From positions 32,778-96,777 of the forward strand of contig CAYVEK010000003.1 of assembly GCA_964450605.1 (NCBI GenBank): DNA of 64,000 nucleotides, written 5' to 3'. Every line of letters starts with the position of its first letter. Position 1 is the stretch's first letter. The position numbers and the translations under genes are program-made. The notes under the pieces were generated by a model that searched no databases, was not told where the DNA came from, and was given only the letters and a program-made list of their open reading frames with translations. Source of the stretch: an uncultured Candidatus Saccharibacteria bacterium. Lineage in GTDB: Bacteria > Patescibacteriota > Minisyncoccia > Phycocordibacterales > CAIZLB01. Below, one piece after another: positions 48,697 through 58,430 of this stretch.

Positions 48697-49531
48697 AAAG
48701 ACTATAAACTTAGCTGCTGTTTGTTTTGTTATTGTATTAGTTGTTTTTGTGTACACACAAAGAACAAAGAAGCACTCTCTATCTGTTGAACCCAATGTTG
48801 CAGTAGATAAGACAGAGATACTAGGGAAGGTGGAGATAGATGAAAATAACTATCAAGAGAGTATTTTTAAAGCAATAGTACAACAACAACTCCTCGCCTT
48901 TGAAAAGATCAATGATTCTTACAAGAAAAAACCAGGAGACACACTGACAGACCAGATAACTAAAGACATTTTTGGTGAATATATACAATACAACGTCTCT
49001 GGCGAGCTCGACAGCAAAACACTTTCACAGGTAACAGAGAACAATATCAAAGGTCAAACCCTTCCAAAGTCATCGGTTACTTTGAAACAGATAAAAATGA
49101 CGAAAGCCACACTGGCAAACCTAAAGGCTTATGGAAACAACATGGTTGTTATTCAAAACTCTTTTAGTAAAGCTGTTGCAAGCATCTCAAACAAAAAAGA
49201 TCAGGATAGATACCTCCCAGCACTTTACAGCAAAATGGCTGTGATTCTGGCAAAACAACCCGCTCCAACTGTTGTGGCTCAATACCACCTAAACCTCATA
49301 AACTCTTATCGAGATTTTGCATACTCATTTAAAGTTATGGAACTACAATCAAAAGATCCAGCAAAGGCCTTACTTGGTGTAAACAACGCGAAAGCCGCAA
49401 GTGAGTCTTTGGTTAAAAACTTTGCTGAGATACAGCGTGTTATAAAATTAAACAAAATCGAGTATTCAGCAAAAGAACCCGCTTATAGGTGGATAAATGA
49501 AATAGATAATAGTATTATTACTACAGAGTAA
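48689..49531 (+). CDS. Hypothetical membrane-anchored protein.
   Basis: N-terminal TM anchor (INLAAVCFVIVLVVFVYT) with a soluble C-terminal domain and no recognised motif. First gene of the downstream T4SS-like block. Confidence 0.5.
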   Translation: MNRKTINLAAVCFVIVLVVFVYTQRTKKHSLSVEPNVAVDKTEILGKVEIDENNYQESIFKAIVQQQLLAFEKINDSYKKKPGDTLTDQITKDIFGEYIQYNVSGELDSKTLSQVTENNIKGQTLPKSSVTLKQIKMTKATLANLKAYGNNMVVIQNSFSKAVASISNKKDQDRYLPALYSKMAVILAKQPAPTVVAQYHLNLINSYRDFAYSFKVMELQSKDPAKALLGVNNAKAASESLVKNFAEIQRVIKLNKIEYSAKEPAYRWINEIDNSIITTE

Positions 49532-49532
49532 T

Positions 49533-51188
49533 ATGAATAAGTTTTCTCTTCGAAACTTAAAAAAGAATTTTCTACCATTGTTTTTTGTGTTGACTTTTTT
49601 GATACAACCTGTTTTTGTGCTTGGTGCCGGTAGCACCAGAGTAAACAACCAGGCGCCCATACCACAAGGAGATGGGGGAATGGGGGAAGACACTGATTAT
49701 ATGTTCCCTGGAGCCGGGGTTGATGATTCTGGTAATGTCAACGTTCCGGATAGTCCTTTGGGCAGCGAAAACAACCCTCTAGATTTTGGATCACTTGGCG
49801 CCGATCCTTTCAGCTCACCTGATGGACCTGACCCTTTTTTATCAGGAGGAGATGATGATTTTACACCAGGAGAAGTTATAGGTGACGGTCAACAGCAAAA
49901 AGGCCTTCTACCTTACCCAGATGATTATACAGCAACAGATCAGTATGGTAACCCAGTTGACTTAAACGGAGATGGCCAAGCTGCTGCATATGCAAATGGA
50001 GATATTTTATTAAAAGATGGCACTGAGGCACCTTACAGAGATTCTGATTCCATCGGCTCATCTGCTGATAGAGACCTAGCAACAACCATCAGAAACGTAC
50101 AACGAAGCACTGTAGCCCAAGCACAGGCTTACGCAAACGGTACAGGAAGTAGTACAACACAAGGCGCAGGAAGTATACCAGGATCTGCTGGCGCATGTAT
50201 CGCAGGAAAACTACTATCAACAATACTCGCCTCAACAATCACCGCGGCCATAAATACAATTGTAGGTACAGCCGAAACGGTTATAGGAACAGCTATAGGT
50301 CTCTTGAGTGTACCTGTTGCTGACTGGAATGTTAAACTCGACACACTTAGAACAAAAGAACAGCTCCAGTTTAATAACGCAGCCCAAATAGGAACATCAG
50401 CTGGAATACCAGGAAGTATAAATGCTTTAGTAAATGTGAGTTGGAACTCTGTTGGATACTGTATAATAAACTCAATGATCGACTACATAGCTCGATCAAC
50501 TATCGCTTGGGCAAAATCAGGATTTAAAGGAAACCCTGCGTTTATCGAAAACCCAGGACAATTCTTTAAAGATATAGGAAATATAGAAGCAAGTTCTTTC
50601 CTAAACACACTTGCATACGGAGTACTCGGACAAAACATCTGTCAACCATTTAGAGCACAGATAGTGTTAACTATTGCCAGAGATTATCTTGATTCAAACG
50701 GATCAGGATACTACGGCTCCGCTGGTTATGGGGGAGGGGGGTATAACGGTATAGGTAATCCTAGAACTTTTGGAGGTTGTAGTCTTGATGATGCTAAAAA
50801 CAACTTCAAAAGCTTCTTGAAAGGAAACTTTAACGAGGGTGGTTGGAACAGTTGGCTAAAAGTGTCACAGATAGATACAAATAACCCTTATTCCGTATAC
50901 CTAAACCTAAGCTCACAACTAAGCAGTCGTGTAACACAAAAGAAGACTATTGTCGATAAAGAGCTTACTTGGAACAAAGGATTCTTGAGTTTCAGAAAAT
51001 GTGAAAATAAAAACATGAAGCCTCAAGATTGTCCTATAGTTACTCCAGGAAACCTTATCGAAGATCAACTTTCTAAAACACTTAACCTGTCAAAAGATAG
51101 ACTTGTACTTGCAGAAAAATTTGATCAGGTTCTAGATGTTGTGATTAACCAACTTATAAACACAGCATTAAGTAAACTTTTGAATTAA
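49533..51188 (+). CDS. Secreted protein with a Gly/Asp-rich N-terminal region (T4SS-like cluster).
   Basis: Signal peptide (FLPLFFVLTFLIQPVFVLGAGS), a G/D/P-rich low-complexity segment, a hydrophobic segment and a GYGGGGYNG motif. Confidence 0.55.
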   Translation: MNKFSLRNLKKNFLPLFFVLTFLIQPVFVLGAGSTRVNNQAPIPQGDGGMGEDTDYMFPGAGVDDSGNVNVPDSPLGSENNPLDFGSLGADPFSSPDGPDPFLSGGDDDFTPGEVIGDGQQQKGLLPYPDDYTATDQYGNPVDLNGDGQAAAYANGDILLKDGTEAPYRDSDSIGSSADRDLATTIRNVQRSTVAQAQAYANGTGSSTTQGAGSIPGSAGACIAGKLLSTILASTITAAINTIVGTAETVIGTAIGLLSVPVADWNVKLDTLRTKEQLQFNNAAQIGTSAGIPGSINALVNVSWNSVGYCIINSMIDYIARSTIAWAKSGFKGNPAFIENPGQFFKDIGNIEASSFLNTLAYGVLGQNICQPFRAQIVLTIARDYLDSNGSGYYGSAGYGGGGYNGIGNPRTFGGCSLDDAKNNFKSFLKGNFNEGGWNSWLKVSQIDTNNPYSVYLNLSSQLSSRVTQKKTIVDKELTWNKGFLSFRKCENKNMKPQDCPIVTPGNLIEDQLSKTLNLSKDRLVLAEKFDQVLDVVINQLINTALSKLLN

Positions 51189-51231
51189 AACTAGAATATC
51201 TTTGAAAAAATTTGTATACTATATGTAGTAT

Positions 51232-54200
51232 ATGAATATCTCTGGAGTAAAAAAAATATTTTCTCGTGTTGGTGTTTTGTTGTTTTTAATTTCTTTCTTG
51301 TGTTTGGGTTTTTTACCAAATAAAACAATTGCTCTACAAGATAAAACTGATGCAGGTTTTAAAGGGGAAGCTGTGACAACGGTTGATAGATATGAATTAG
51401 CAAACACTCCAACAAGCTTTATACAGAGCGGATTAACTGTAAAAGTTGTTAGCCCTGTGGTGAACGAAATCAGTCGGACATCAATAACAGGATCGACTAA
51501 CCCTCCAACATATTCTGTATCAAATACATACAGTCTGAGAAGAGATTATAATATAACAAAAGGCCCTATAGATGCCCAAACTCAAAAAAATCTTACATCA
51601 GGACAACTGAGTGCCATACAGGCAGCAGTTAAAGATAAGTACACTATAACAAAAGACAATGTCTTTGCCATCAACACACCTGATTCAACCAACTACTACA
51701 TAAAAGTTCAAAACCCAGCAGCAAAAGGTGGTTATGATAAATACTTGATAATGTCTGCTGTTGGAGATAATTTGTACATACCAGAAGAAAAAATAAAAGA
51801 ACTACCAACCTCAACAAAAGATGACATAGGGGCAACGGATGTAAAAAGAGAAGATGGATTTCTTAATATGATTGGTGCTCGGGAGGGTTTGCAGCCAGGA
51901 ACATTAGCATCACAGATTAGAGGAAATGATGCGACAAATGCCCAGATAGGTAACCTGACACAACAAAAAGAAGATCTTGAAAAACAGATTCGATCGGTCG
52001 AGGATGAGATAGATAATCTAAAAGCAAAACAAGACGCAGGAACACTGACGGCACAAGAGCAGCAGAGACTGGATGAGCTTGAAGGAAAGAGAAGCGGTCT
52101 TTTGTCTGAATTAGATATTGTAAATAAAAACAAACTTCAAACCACCGCCCTTTCAAACTCAGATGAAATCTCTATAGAAGAGTGTAAGGGTTTATTTGGT
52201 TGGGCAACCCTTAAATGTGCAGTACAAGCCATATCGGTACTTGCAAACATTGGACTAAAACTTGTTTCTTACGGACTAGGTCTCGTAGGAGTGATGTTTG
52301 ACTATTCTATAGAGCTCGCTGTAAACTCTGCGGAGTTTATAGAAAAGCTGGGAGTAGTAAATCCTGTTTGGACTCTACTTAGAGATCTCTTAAACATGAC
52401 CTTTATTTTTATACTGGTCTGGATAGCCATACAGATAATAATTGATAGAAAAAGATACACAATAAAAAAAGATGTTGTTCGTGTTGTTGTAGTTGCGATA
52501 CTTATGAACTTCAGTTTGTTTGTTGCCAAAGTTTTTGTTGATGGGTCAAACCTTGCAACACTACAACTCTATCAAGCAACAAAGAGTAGTGGAGTGGTGG
52601 CTGATCATGCAAATATTTCATATAGAATAATGAACACTCTCGGGTTTCAGACCATCTATAGTATTGGAGACATCTTCGCAAATGGTAACCTAACAAAAAC
52701 AATACTTGGTTGTGGTGGGGCAAATGGAACCATTATCAGTGTTGCTGTTTTTGGTTCTATATTTATGATTATTTTAAGTCTTGCGTTTTTGGCTGTAGGA
52801 TTATTATTCTTTGTTCGAATGGCAAATATAATATACTTGTTTGTAACATCACCTTTGTGGGTTTGGGGATACATACTTGATAATGAATTTTTCTCAAAGA
52901 TTAGAAACGATTGGTGGAAAAAAATGAAACATGTTGTAAAGTTTCCAGTCACATTCATGCTCTTTATGTTTGTGGCAGTATTCGCTTTCACAAAAATGTT
53001 CGCGCTTAGTTATGGAGGACTATCATTTCTAACCCTATTCTGTGTAAGTGATCAACCAACTATTATAGGCCAACTACCTTTGATACTAAACTTCTGTCTT
53101 GTTATCTGGGTAATACTTGCTGCGGTTAAAAAAGGCATGGAAGACAGTGAGGGCGGTATAGAAAAAGCAATCACAGGAAAGTTTGGTGGCTGGGCCCAGG
53201 CGGCTTCAACAGGTTTGGCAAGAAAAATGGGAGACAAGGCAAAACAAATACCTTATGCTGCTGGACAGGTTGGAAAAATAGCCTTTAATGGTGCCGGTAA
53301 CTTCAAAAGATTATCTGAGAAATATCCAACATTTGGAAATTTAAGTGGCTTTAAGGCATTAAATAAACTAGGATCAAAAATAGCATCTAATTCAAATTCT
53401 CCAGCATGGCTTAGAAACATGGGGGCAGGCTTAGCAAACAAAACCAAAGATCCAAAGTTCTTTGGAAAAACAACAGATGAGTGGAGAAAGAAAAGAAAAG
53501 AGTGGTGGGCCAGTGATGGTGAAAAAGATGCGGCCAGAACCGCTGAGGTTGCAGAAAGCGCAAAGAAAGCTCCTAAGTATCAAGAAAAAGGTCATGAACA
53601 GGAGAGTAGAAATCAGTTTGAAGAGCGTGTAAAAGCATTTGCTAAAGCAAAAGCGAGAATATATCTTGATCAAAACATATTAAATGTTGCAGACCCGACC
53701 AACAGCAACAAATCACATGAAGAAGGTATTATAGAGAACGCTTTGGCTGGAATTGAAGAGATAAAAGATGCAAACGGAAATGTGACAGGTCACCGATTCA
53801 ACGAGGAAAAAATGCGAAAGCATATCAACAATGTATATGAAGCCCATACAGAAAAAGGTCGTCTAAAATCTGTTGCAAGACATACAAAATCTCGATTCAT
53901 GTCTAAAGCAAAGTTTGAGGCCCGAGAAAAGGCATTTAAAGCTGCAACAGAAGCACGATACAAGTCTGTTCAAACATTGGAAAAATTACGAGACGATCTC
54001 AAAAAATCTGAGGATGACTTTAAAAACCATCCTGAAACACTGGCTGATTTAGAGACAAGAATACAAAATAAAGACCCTAAACTCAAAGGGGTTGTAAGTA
54101 TTGCGGCTATAGGTTCTTTAGAGAGAGATATCGCGAAACTTCAAACAAATATTGCATATATACAACACGCAGTGCAAACAACAGGTTCTCACCCAGATGA

Positions 54201-54348
54201 AGATAAAATAGATAAATACACAGAAGAAATAGAAAAGAAAGAAAAGAGGCTAGAAAGTATCAAGAAAGGAGCTCTACAAAACCGCGAAAAAATACAAAAG
54301 AAAATCGAAGAGTTAAAAGAAAAGATTAAAGAACAAGAAAAGAAATAA
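51232..54348 (+). CDS. VirB6/TrbL-like polytopic membrane protein (1038 aa) with a K/E-rich C-terminal tail.
   Basis: Signal peptide, an extracytoplasmic domain of about 300 aa, five to seven TM helices (residues ~330-640) and then about 400 aa of charged coiled-coil. This is the architecture of VirB6/TrbL/PrgH-type channel components. The call rests on topology and context only. Confidence 0.5.
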   Translation: MNISGVKKIFSRVGVLLFLISFLCLGFLPNKTIALQDKTDAGFKGEAVTTVDRYELANTPTSFIQSGLTVKVVSPVVNEISRTSITGSTNPPTYSVSNTYSLRRDYNITKGPIDAQTQKNLTSGQLSAIQAAVKDKYTITKDNVFAINTPDSTNYYIKVQNPAAKGGYDKYLIMSAVGDNLYIPEEKIKELPTSTKDDIGATDVKREDGFLNMIGAREGLQPGTLASQIRGNDATNAQIGNLTQQKEDLEKQIRSVEDEIDNLKAKQDAGTLTAQEQQRLDELEGKRSGLLSELDIVNKNKLQTTALSNSDEISIEECKGLFGWATLKCAVQAISVLANIGLKLVSYGLGLVGVMFDYSIELAVNSAEFIEKLGVVNPVWTLLRDLLNMTFIFILVWIAIQIIIDRKRYTIKKDVVRVVVVAILMNFSLFVAKVFVDGSNLATLQLYQATKSSGVVADHANISYRIMNTLGFQTIYSIGDIFANGNLTKTILGCGGANGTIISVAVFGSIFMIILSLAFLAVGLLFFVRMANIIYLFVTSPLWVWGYILDNEFFSKIRNDWWKKMKHVVKFPVTFMLFMFVAVFAFTKMFALSYGGLSFLTLFCVSDQPTIIGQLPLILNFCLVIWVILAAVKKGMEDSEGGIEKAITGKFGGWAQAASTGLARKMGDKAKQIPYAAGQVGKIAFNGAGNFKRLSEKYPTFGNLSGFKALNKLGSKIASNSNSPAWLRNMGAGLANKTKDPKFFGKTTDEWRKKRKEWWASDGEKDAARTAEVAESAKKAPKYQEKGHEQESRNQFEERVKAFAKAKARIYLDQNILNVADPTNSNKSHEEGIIENALAGIEEIKDANGNVTGHRFNEEKMRKHINNVYEAHTEKGRLKSVARHTKSRFMSKAKFEAREKAFKAATEARYKSVQTLEKLRDDLKKSEDDFKNHPETLADLETRIQNKDPKLKGVVSIAAIGSLERDIAKLQTNIAYIQHAVQTTGSHPDEDKIDKYTEEIEKKEKRLESIKKGALQNREKIQKKIEELKEKIKEQEKK

Positions 54349-54357
54349 TAAAAACAT

Positions 54358-55257
54358 ATGAACAACGACGCATACTTCAAAGAAAAACTTCAAGATCTTC
54401 CAGATTATGTACGCTGGGCGATAGAGGAGACTGATTATGCATCTGACCTTGAGGCTATTAAGAAAAAATACAGACTCCACATAGACCAATCTTCCGTGCT
54501 TGAAAAACTTGGATTAGACTTTATATTAGGAGAGATAGATCAGGCGGGTTTTGTAGAGAGCTTGTTCCATGATGGCCGTATAAGTTATCAGATGGCGGGG
54601 GATATACTTGCAGACATAAATGGATTGATAATTAAAAAAATCAAAGACAAGATTGCTGTTTACAGAGAGGAGGAACAGGCGGTGAAAGATAATGAAAACT
54701 TCTACATGGATGATAAAGAAAGAGAGATAGAGGAGATGAGTACACTCTATCAACAGCAAGATGAAGAATATGTAAAAATTCAAAAAGATATAGAAGAACA
54801 AGAAAAACAAAATGGACCTATAACAGACGCGGATATAGCTCGAGAGCAGGGTATAACACTTGCTGAATACTTGGCTCAAAATAAACCATCAGAAGGACCT
54901 ACACTTAAAACAGCGGTACCAACAGAAAACCATACTGAAAACGTAGCACTTTCTGAAAAAGAAGAGTTACTTAAAGAACTTGAAACTCCTGAAAAATCTT
55001 TCAAAACACCTTTGATTCAAATTACACCAAAGAAAGATATACAAACCACCAAACCAGAAACAGTTATCGCACCTATACAACCAGACCACCAACTGCAAAA
55101 CACCCATCTCGAAGAGCCTTATAAAGCCCCAGAGATACATCCGGAAAAACCTGTTGTAGAGACCTCAAAACAAAACCCTCCACAGACAACCCCAATAATA
55201 CAAAAACCTGCTAAAATAGAAATTAAACACGATATTTATCGAGAACCAATAGAATAG
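54358..55257 (+). CDS. Hypothetical acidic protein (T4SS-like cluster).
   Basis: ORF with a start overlapping the upstream stop (ATAAAAACATATG). E/Q/K-rich with a Pro/Thr-rich C-terminus and no motif. Confidence 0.45.
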   Translation: MNNDAYFKEKLQDLPDYVRWAIEETDYASDLEAIKKKYRLHIDQSSVLEKLGLDFILGEIDQAGFVESLFHDGRISYQMAGDILADINGLIIKKIKDKIAVYREEEQAVKDNENFYMDDKEREIEEMSTLYQQQDEEYVKIQKDIEEQEKQNGPITDADIAREQGITLAEYLAQNKPSEGPTLKTAVPTENHTENVALSEKEELLKELETPEKSFKTPLIQITPKKDIQTTKPETVIAPIQPDHQLQNTHLEEPYKAPEIHPEKPVVETSKQNPPQTTPIIQKPAKIEIKHDIYREPIE

Positions 55258-55258
55258 T

Positions 55259-55705
55259 ATGCGATATGAAGTACCACAGTTTATAGAGTTTGAGAGTAAG
55301 ATTGTTGGACCACTAACATTTAAGCAATTTGCCTATATCCTTGGAGCCGCTGGGGGAACATATATCATATACAGACTACTAGGCCTATTTCCTGGAATCA
55401 TTGTTATAATTCCTTTTTGGGTGCTAAGTTTTGCCTTGGCTTTTATTAGAGTAAACGATCGCCCTTTTGTGGATACTATTTCTGCTGCCTTTTCATTTGT
55501 TTTTGGAAACAAGCTATATGTTTGGAAAAAAATAGACAGACCCATAAAAAGCTCTGTTGGAGATGGATCAATAAAATCTTCAGCTGACGAGCTAACAGCT
55601 CCCACACTTTCTCAGAGTAAACTTAAAGAATTGGCTTGGGGTTTGGATATAAAACAGAACGTCTTCTCGGGACAATCACTCCTTGATAAAACAGAGAAAC
55701 ACTGA
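55259..55705 (+). CDS. VirB3/PrgI-like small membrane protein.
   Basis: 148 aa with PLTFKQFAYILGAAGGTYIIY and GIIVIIPFWVLSFALAFI forming a two-helix hairpin typical of VirB3/PrgI. It lies immediately upstream of VirB4, as VirB3 does in T4SS loci. Confidence 0.45.
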   Translation: MRYEVPQFIEFESKIVGPLTFKQFAYILGAAGGTYIIYRLLGLFPGIIVIIPFWVLSFALAFIRVNDRPFVDTISAAFSFVFGNKLYVWKKIDRPIKSSVGDGSIKSSADELTAPTLSQSKLKELAWGLDIKQNVFSGQSLLDKTEKH

Positions 55706-55730
55706 TATACATATACTTGTTGGTCTGTAT

Positions 55731-55802
55731 GGCGATTATAGTTTAGTGGTAAAACCCAGGTTTGTGGATCCTGTGTCGAGAGTTCGATTCTCTCTAATCG
55801 CC
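55731..55802 (+). tRNA. tRNA-His (anticodon GUG) with an encoded G-1 opposite C73.
   Basis: Hand-folded: extra 5' G, then acceptor GCGATTA/TAATCGC, D-arm GTTT/AAAC, anticodon loop TTGTGGA, T-arm GAGAG-TTCGATT-CTCTC, discriminator C. Confidence 0.85.
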
Positions 55803-55806
55803 CAAT
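55785..55806 (+). repeat. Direct repeat, copy 1 (the 3' end of tRNA-His): cgattctctctaatcgcccaat.
   Basis: An identical 22-mer occurs again at 55919-55940. Confidence 0.8.
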
Positions 55807-55918
55807 GTAACACAAGGAAAGCATATTATGCTTTCCTTAGAGAATCGAAAGGCTTTTGAGTATATTTTGAGCACTTTGTGCGAAAAATATCCAAAAGGCG
55901 TACTGGTCCTGTAAGGAC

Positions 55919-55940
55919 CGATTCTCTCTAATCGCCCAAT
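55919..55940 (+). repeat. Direct repeat, copy 2: a duplicated tRNA-His 3'-end 22-mer, att-site-like.
   Basis: Identical to 55785-55806. It is preceded by a ggtcctgtaaggacc hairpin, and the intervening 112 bp also contain the aaggaaagcata/tatgctttcctt hairpin. Confidence 0.8.
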
Positions 55941-55982
55941 TGGTTTATACATTTTGTATTATTTCAACATTCTCGGTATACT

Positions 55983-56609
55983 TTGTGTATGGCTTTTAAT
56001 GCATCTCAAGAATTTGTACCCATACAAGAAGTTAGGGAAGGTGTTCTTATATTGAAAGATGGTTCTATGCGAGCGGTTGTTTTGGCTTCTTCTATAAACT
56101 TTGCACTAAAGTCTATAGAGGAACAAGAGTCTGTTATTTATCAGTTTCAAAACTTCATAAACTCACTGGATTTCACTATACAGATATACATACAATCAAG
56201 AAAACTAGATATTCGACCTTATATAGCACTCCTAGATGATAGACTTAAGGCTCAAACAAGTGATCTTATGAAAATGCAGATCACGGAGTATATGAACTTT
56301 ATAAAAGGATTAACTGAGATTTCAAGCATTATGACAAAAAGCTTCTTTGTTGTGATTCCGTATGGAGGATCCACAAAAGAAACAAAGTTAAGTGATATTT
56401 TAAAAAGAAAAGATGAATCAAAAGAGGAAAAGAGTAGAGATGATGAGTTTGAGGAAGTAAAGAGTCAGATAGAACAACGAGTTTCTGTTGTTGAACAAGG
56501 GCTTGCACGTTGTGGAGTTAAAGTTGCTCGACTTGGAAGTGAAGAACTTGTTGAGTTGTTTTATAGAATTTTCAATCCCGGAGATGCAGAAAAACCAATA
56601 AAGATGTAG
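55983..56609 (+). CDS. VirB4-family ATPase, N-terminal domain, separated from the ATPase domain by an in-frame TAG.
   Basis: PIQEVREGVLILKDGSMRAVVLASSINFALKSIEEQESVIYQFQNFINSLDFTIQIYIQS matches the VirB4/TraC N-terminal pattern. It is in the same frame as 56619-58430, with a single TAG at 56607-56609. Confidence 0.6.
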   Translation: MCMAFNASQEFVPIQEVREGVLILKDGSMRAVVLASSINFALKSIEEQESVIYQFQNFINSLDFTIQIYIQSRKLDIRPYIALLDDRLKAQTSDLMKMQITEYMNFIKGLTEISSIMTKSFFVVIPYGGSTKETKLSDILKRKDESKEEKSRDDEFEEVKSQIEQRVSVVEQGLARCGVKVARLGSEELVELFYRIFNPGDAEKPIKM

Positions 56610-56618
56610 TATATATAC

Positions 56619-58430
56619 ATGGGATTTTTTGATTTCTTAAAACCAAAAACTAAACAGGTAACAAAAATAACATCTGTACTACCTCGAGATATTTACAGAT
56701 CTTCTGTTTTAGAACTAAAAGACATCATTGCTCCATCAGCATTAAAGATAACCCCAAAAACTCTAAACCTGGGAGAGAAACTTGTTCGAAGTTTTTTTGT
56801 AATGTCATACCCAAAGTATCTCTCAGACAGTTGGTTTTCTCCTATCATAAACCTCGATAAAGCCTTTGATATATCTATCTTTGTTCACCCCATAGACACA
56901 GCAACTATACTCCACGAGTTTGAAAAAAAAGTAACAGAGGCACAGAGCCAGATACAAGAGAGAGAAGAGAAGGGATTAGTTCGAGACCCTAAACTTGAAG
57001 CCTCATACCAAAACCTCGAAAACCTTCGAGATAACCTGCAACAAGCCCAGGAAAAGATGTTTGATGTTGGTATCTATATATCAGTTTATGGAGATAGCGA
57101 GGATGAACTCAACCGTATAGAATCAGAGATCAAGAGTACACTTGAAGCGTCTCTGGTATTTATAAAACCTTCACTCTTTCAACAAGAACAAGGTTTTAAA
57201 AGCGCTATTCCTGTTTCAACAGATGAGATGCAGATAAACTCAAAACTAAACTCTGCACCGCTATCTAGTATATTTCCTTTTATTTCTTTTGACCTTACCT
57301 CAGACAAAGGTATTCTCTATGGAATAAACAAACACAACAGCAGTCTTGTTTTGTTTGATAGATTTTCTCTTGAAAACTACAACTCTGTAACCTTTGCCAA
57401 AGCCGGAGCAGGAAAGTCCTATGCCACAAAACTTGAGATACTACGATCTTTGATGTTTGATATAGACGTTATTGTCCTTGACCCTGAGAGGGAGTATGAG
57501 TACCTAGCAGAAACAACAGGTGGTAGATATTTTAATATTTCTCTTACATCTGAAAACCATATAAATCCTTTTGATCTACCAACTCCACGGGAAGACGAAT
57601 CACCTGCTGATGTTCTTAGATCACACATCATAAATCTTGTAGGACTGTTTAGAATCATGTTGGGAGGCCTTACACAAGAAGAAGATGCTATCATTGACAG
57701 AGCTATCACAGAGACATATGCTCTCAAAGACATAACACCTGAGTCAAACTTTGCAGCGGTTGAACCTCCACTTATGTCTGATTTTGAGCTTGTACTTGCC
57801 GGTATGGAAGGAGGAGACTCTTTGGTACAACGACTTACAAAATATACAAAAGGAACTTGGGCTGGTTTTATAGACAAACCTTCAAACCTAGATATAAACA
57901 AGAAGTTTGTTGTATTTTCTCTACGAGACATGGAAGATGAGCTTAAACCAGTGGCTATGTACATAGTTATGCATTATATATGGAACGCTGTTCGAAAGGA
58001 GCTTAAAAAGCGTCTTTTGGTTATAGATGAGGCGTGGTGGATGATGAAATCAGAAGATACAGCTTCTTTCTTGTATGGTTTGGCAAAACGAGGTCGAAAA
58101 TACTACCTAGGAATGTCCACAATCACACAAGACGTTGAAGACTTTCTTAAATCACCTTATGGACTACCTATCATCACAAACTCATCTATGCAGTTCATGA
58201 TGAAACAGTCTCCTTCGTCTATAGATATGGTTCAGAGAACATTTAACCTTACAGATGAGGAAAAATACCTCCTTCTTGAATCGGCGGTGGGGGAAGGTAT
58301 CTTTTTCGCTGGAACAAAACATGTTGCTTTGCAGGTAGTGTCCTCAGAAACAGAGAGCAGGATCATAACATCCGACCCTGCACAGATACTAAAAATGAAA
58401 GAAGAGAAGAAAACTTGGTTAAGAAATTAA
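56619..58430 (+). CDS. virB4: VirB4/TrbE/CagE-family type IV secretion ATPase (C-terminal ATPase portion).
   Basis: Walker A FAKAGAGKSYATK, VLDPEREYEYL...GGRYFNIS...INPFDL, Walker B LLVIDEAWWMM and AKRGRKYYLGMSTITQDVED (the RK.G...TQ motif). Confidence 0.85.
   Translation: MGFFDFLKPKTKQVTKITSVLPRDIYRSSVLELKDIIAPSALKITPKTLNLGEKLVRSFFVMSYPKYLSDSWFSPIINLDKAFDISIFVHPIDTATILHEFEKKVTEAQSQIQEREEKGLVRDPKLEASYQNLENLRDNLQQAQEKMFDVGIYISVYGDSEDELNRIESEIKSTLEASLVFIKPSLFQQEQGFKSAIPVSTDEMQINSKLNSAPLSSIFPFISFDLTSDKGILYGINKHNSSLVLFDRFSLENYNSVTFAKAGAGKSYATKLEILRSLMFDIDVIVLDPEREYEYLAETTGGRYFNISLTSENHINPFDLPTPREDESPADVLRSHIINLVGLFRIMLGGLTQEEDAIIDRAITETYALKDITPESNFAAVEPPLMSDFELVLAGMEGGDSLVQRLTKYTKGTWAGFIDKPSNLDINKKFVVFSLRDMEDELKPVAMYIVMHYIWNAVRKELKKRLLVIDEAWWMMKSEDTASFLYGLAKRGRKYYLGMSTITQDVEDFLKSPYGLPIITNSSMQFMMKQSPSSIDMVQRTFNLTDEEKYLLLESAVGEGIFFAGTKHVALQVVSSETESRIITSDPAQILKMKEEKKTWLRN

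Noticed and set aside
55814-55839. Perfect 12-bp-stem hairpin aaggaaagcata/tatgctttcctt downstream of tRNA-His, considered as a terminator.
   Set aside because: No T-tract follows on either strand, so it is not a canonical intrinsic terminator. It is kept only as part of the att-like interval finding.
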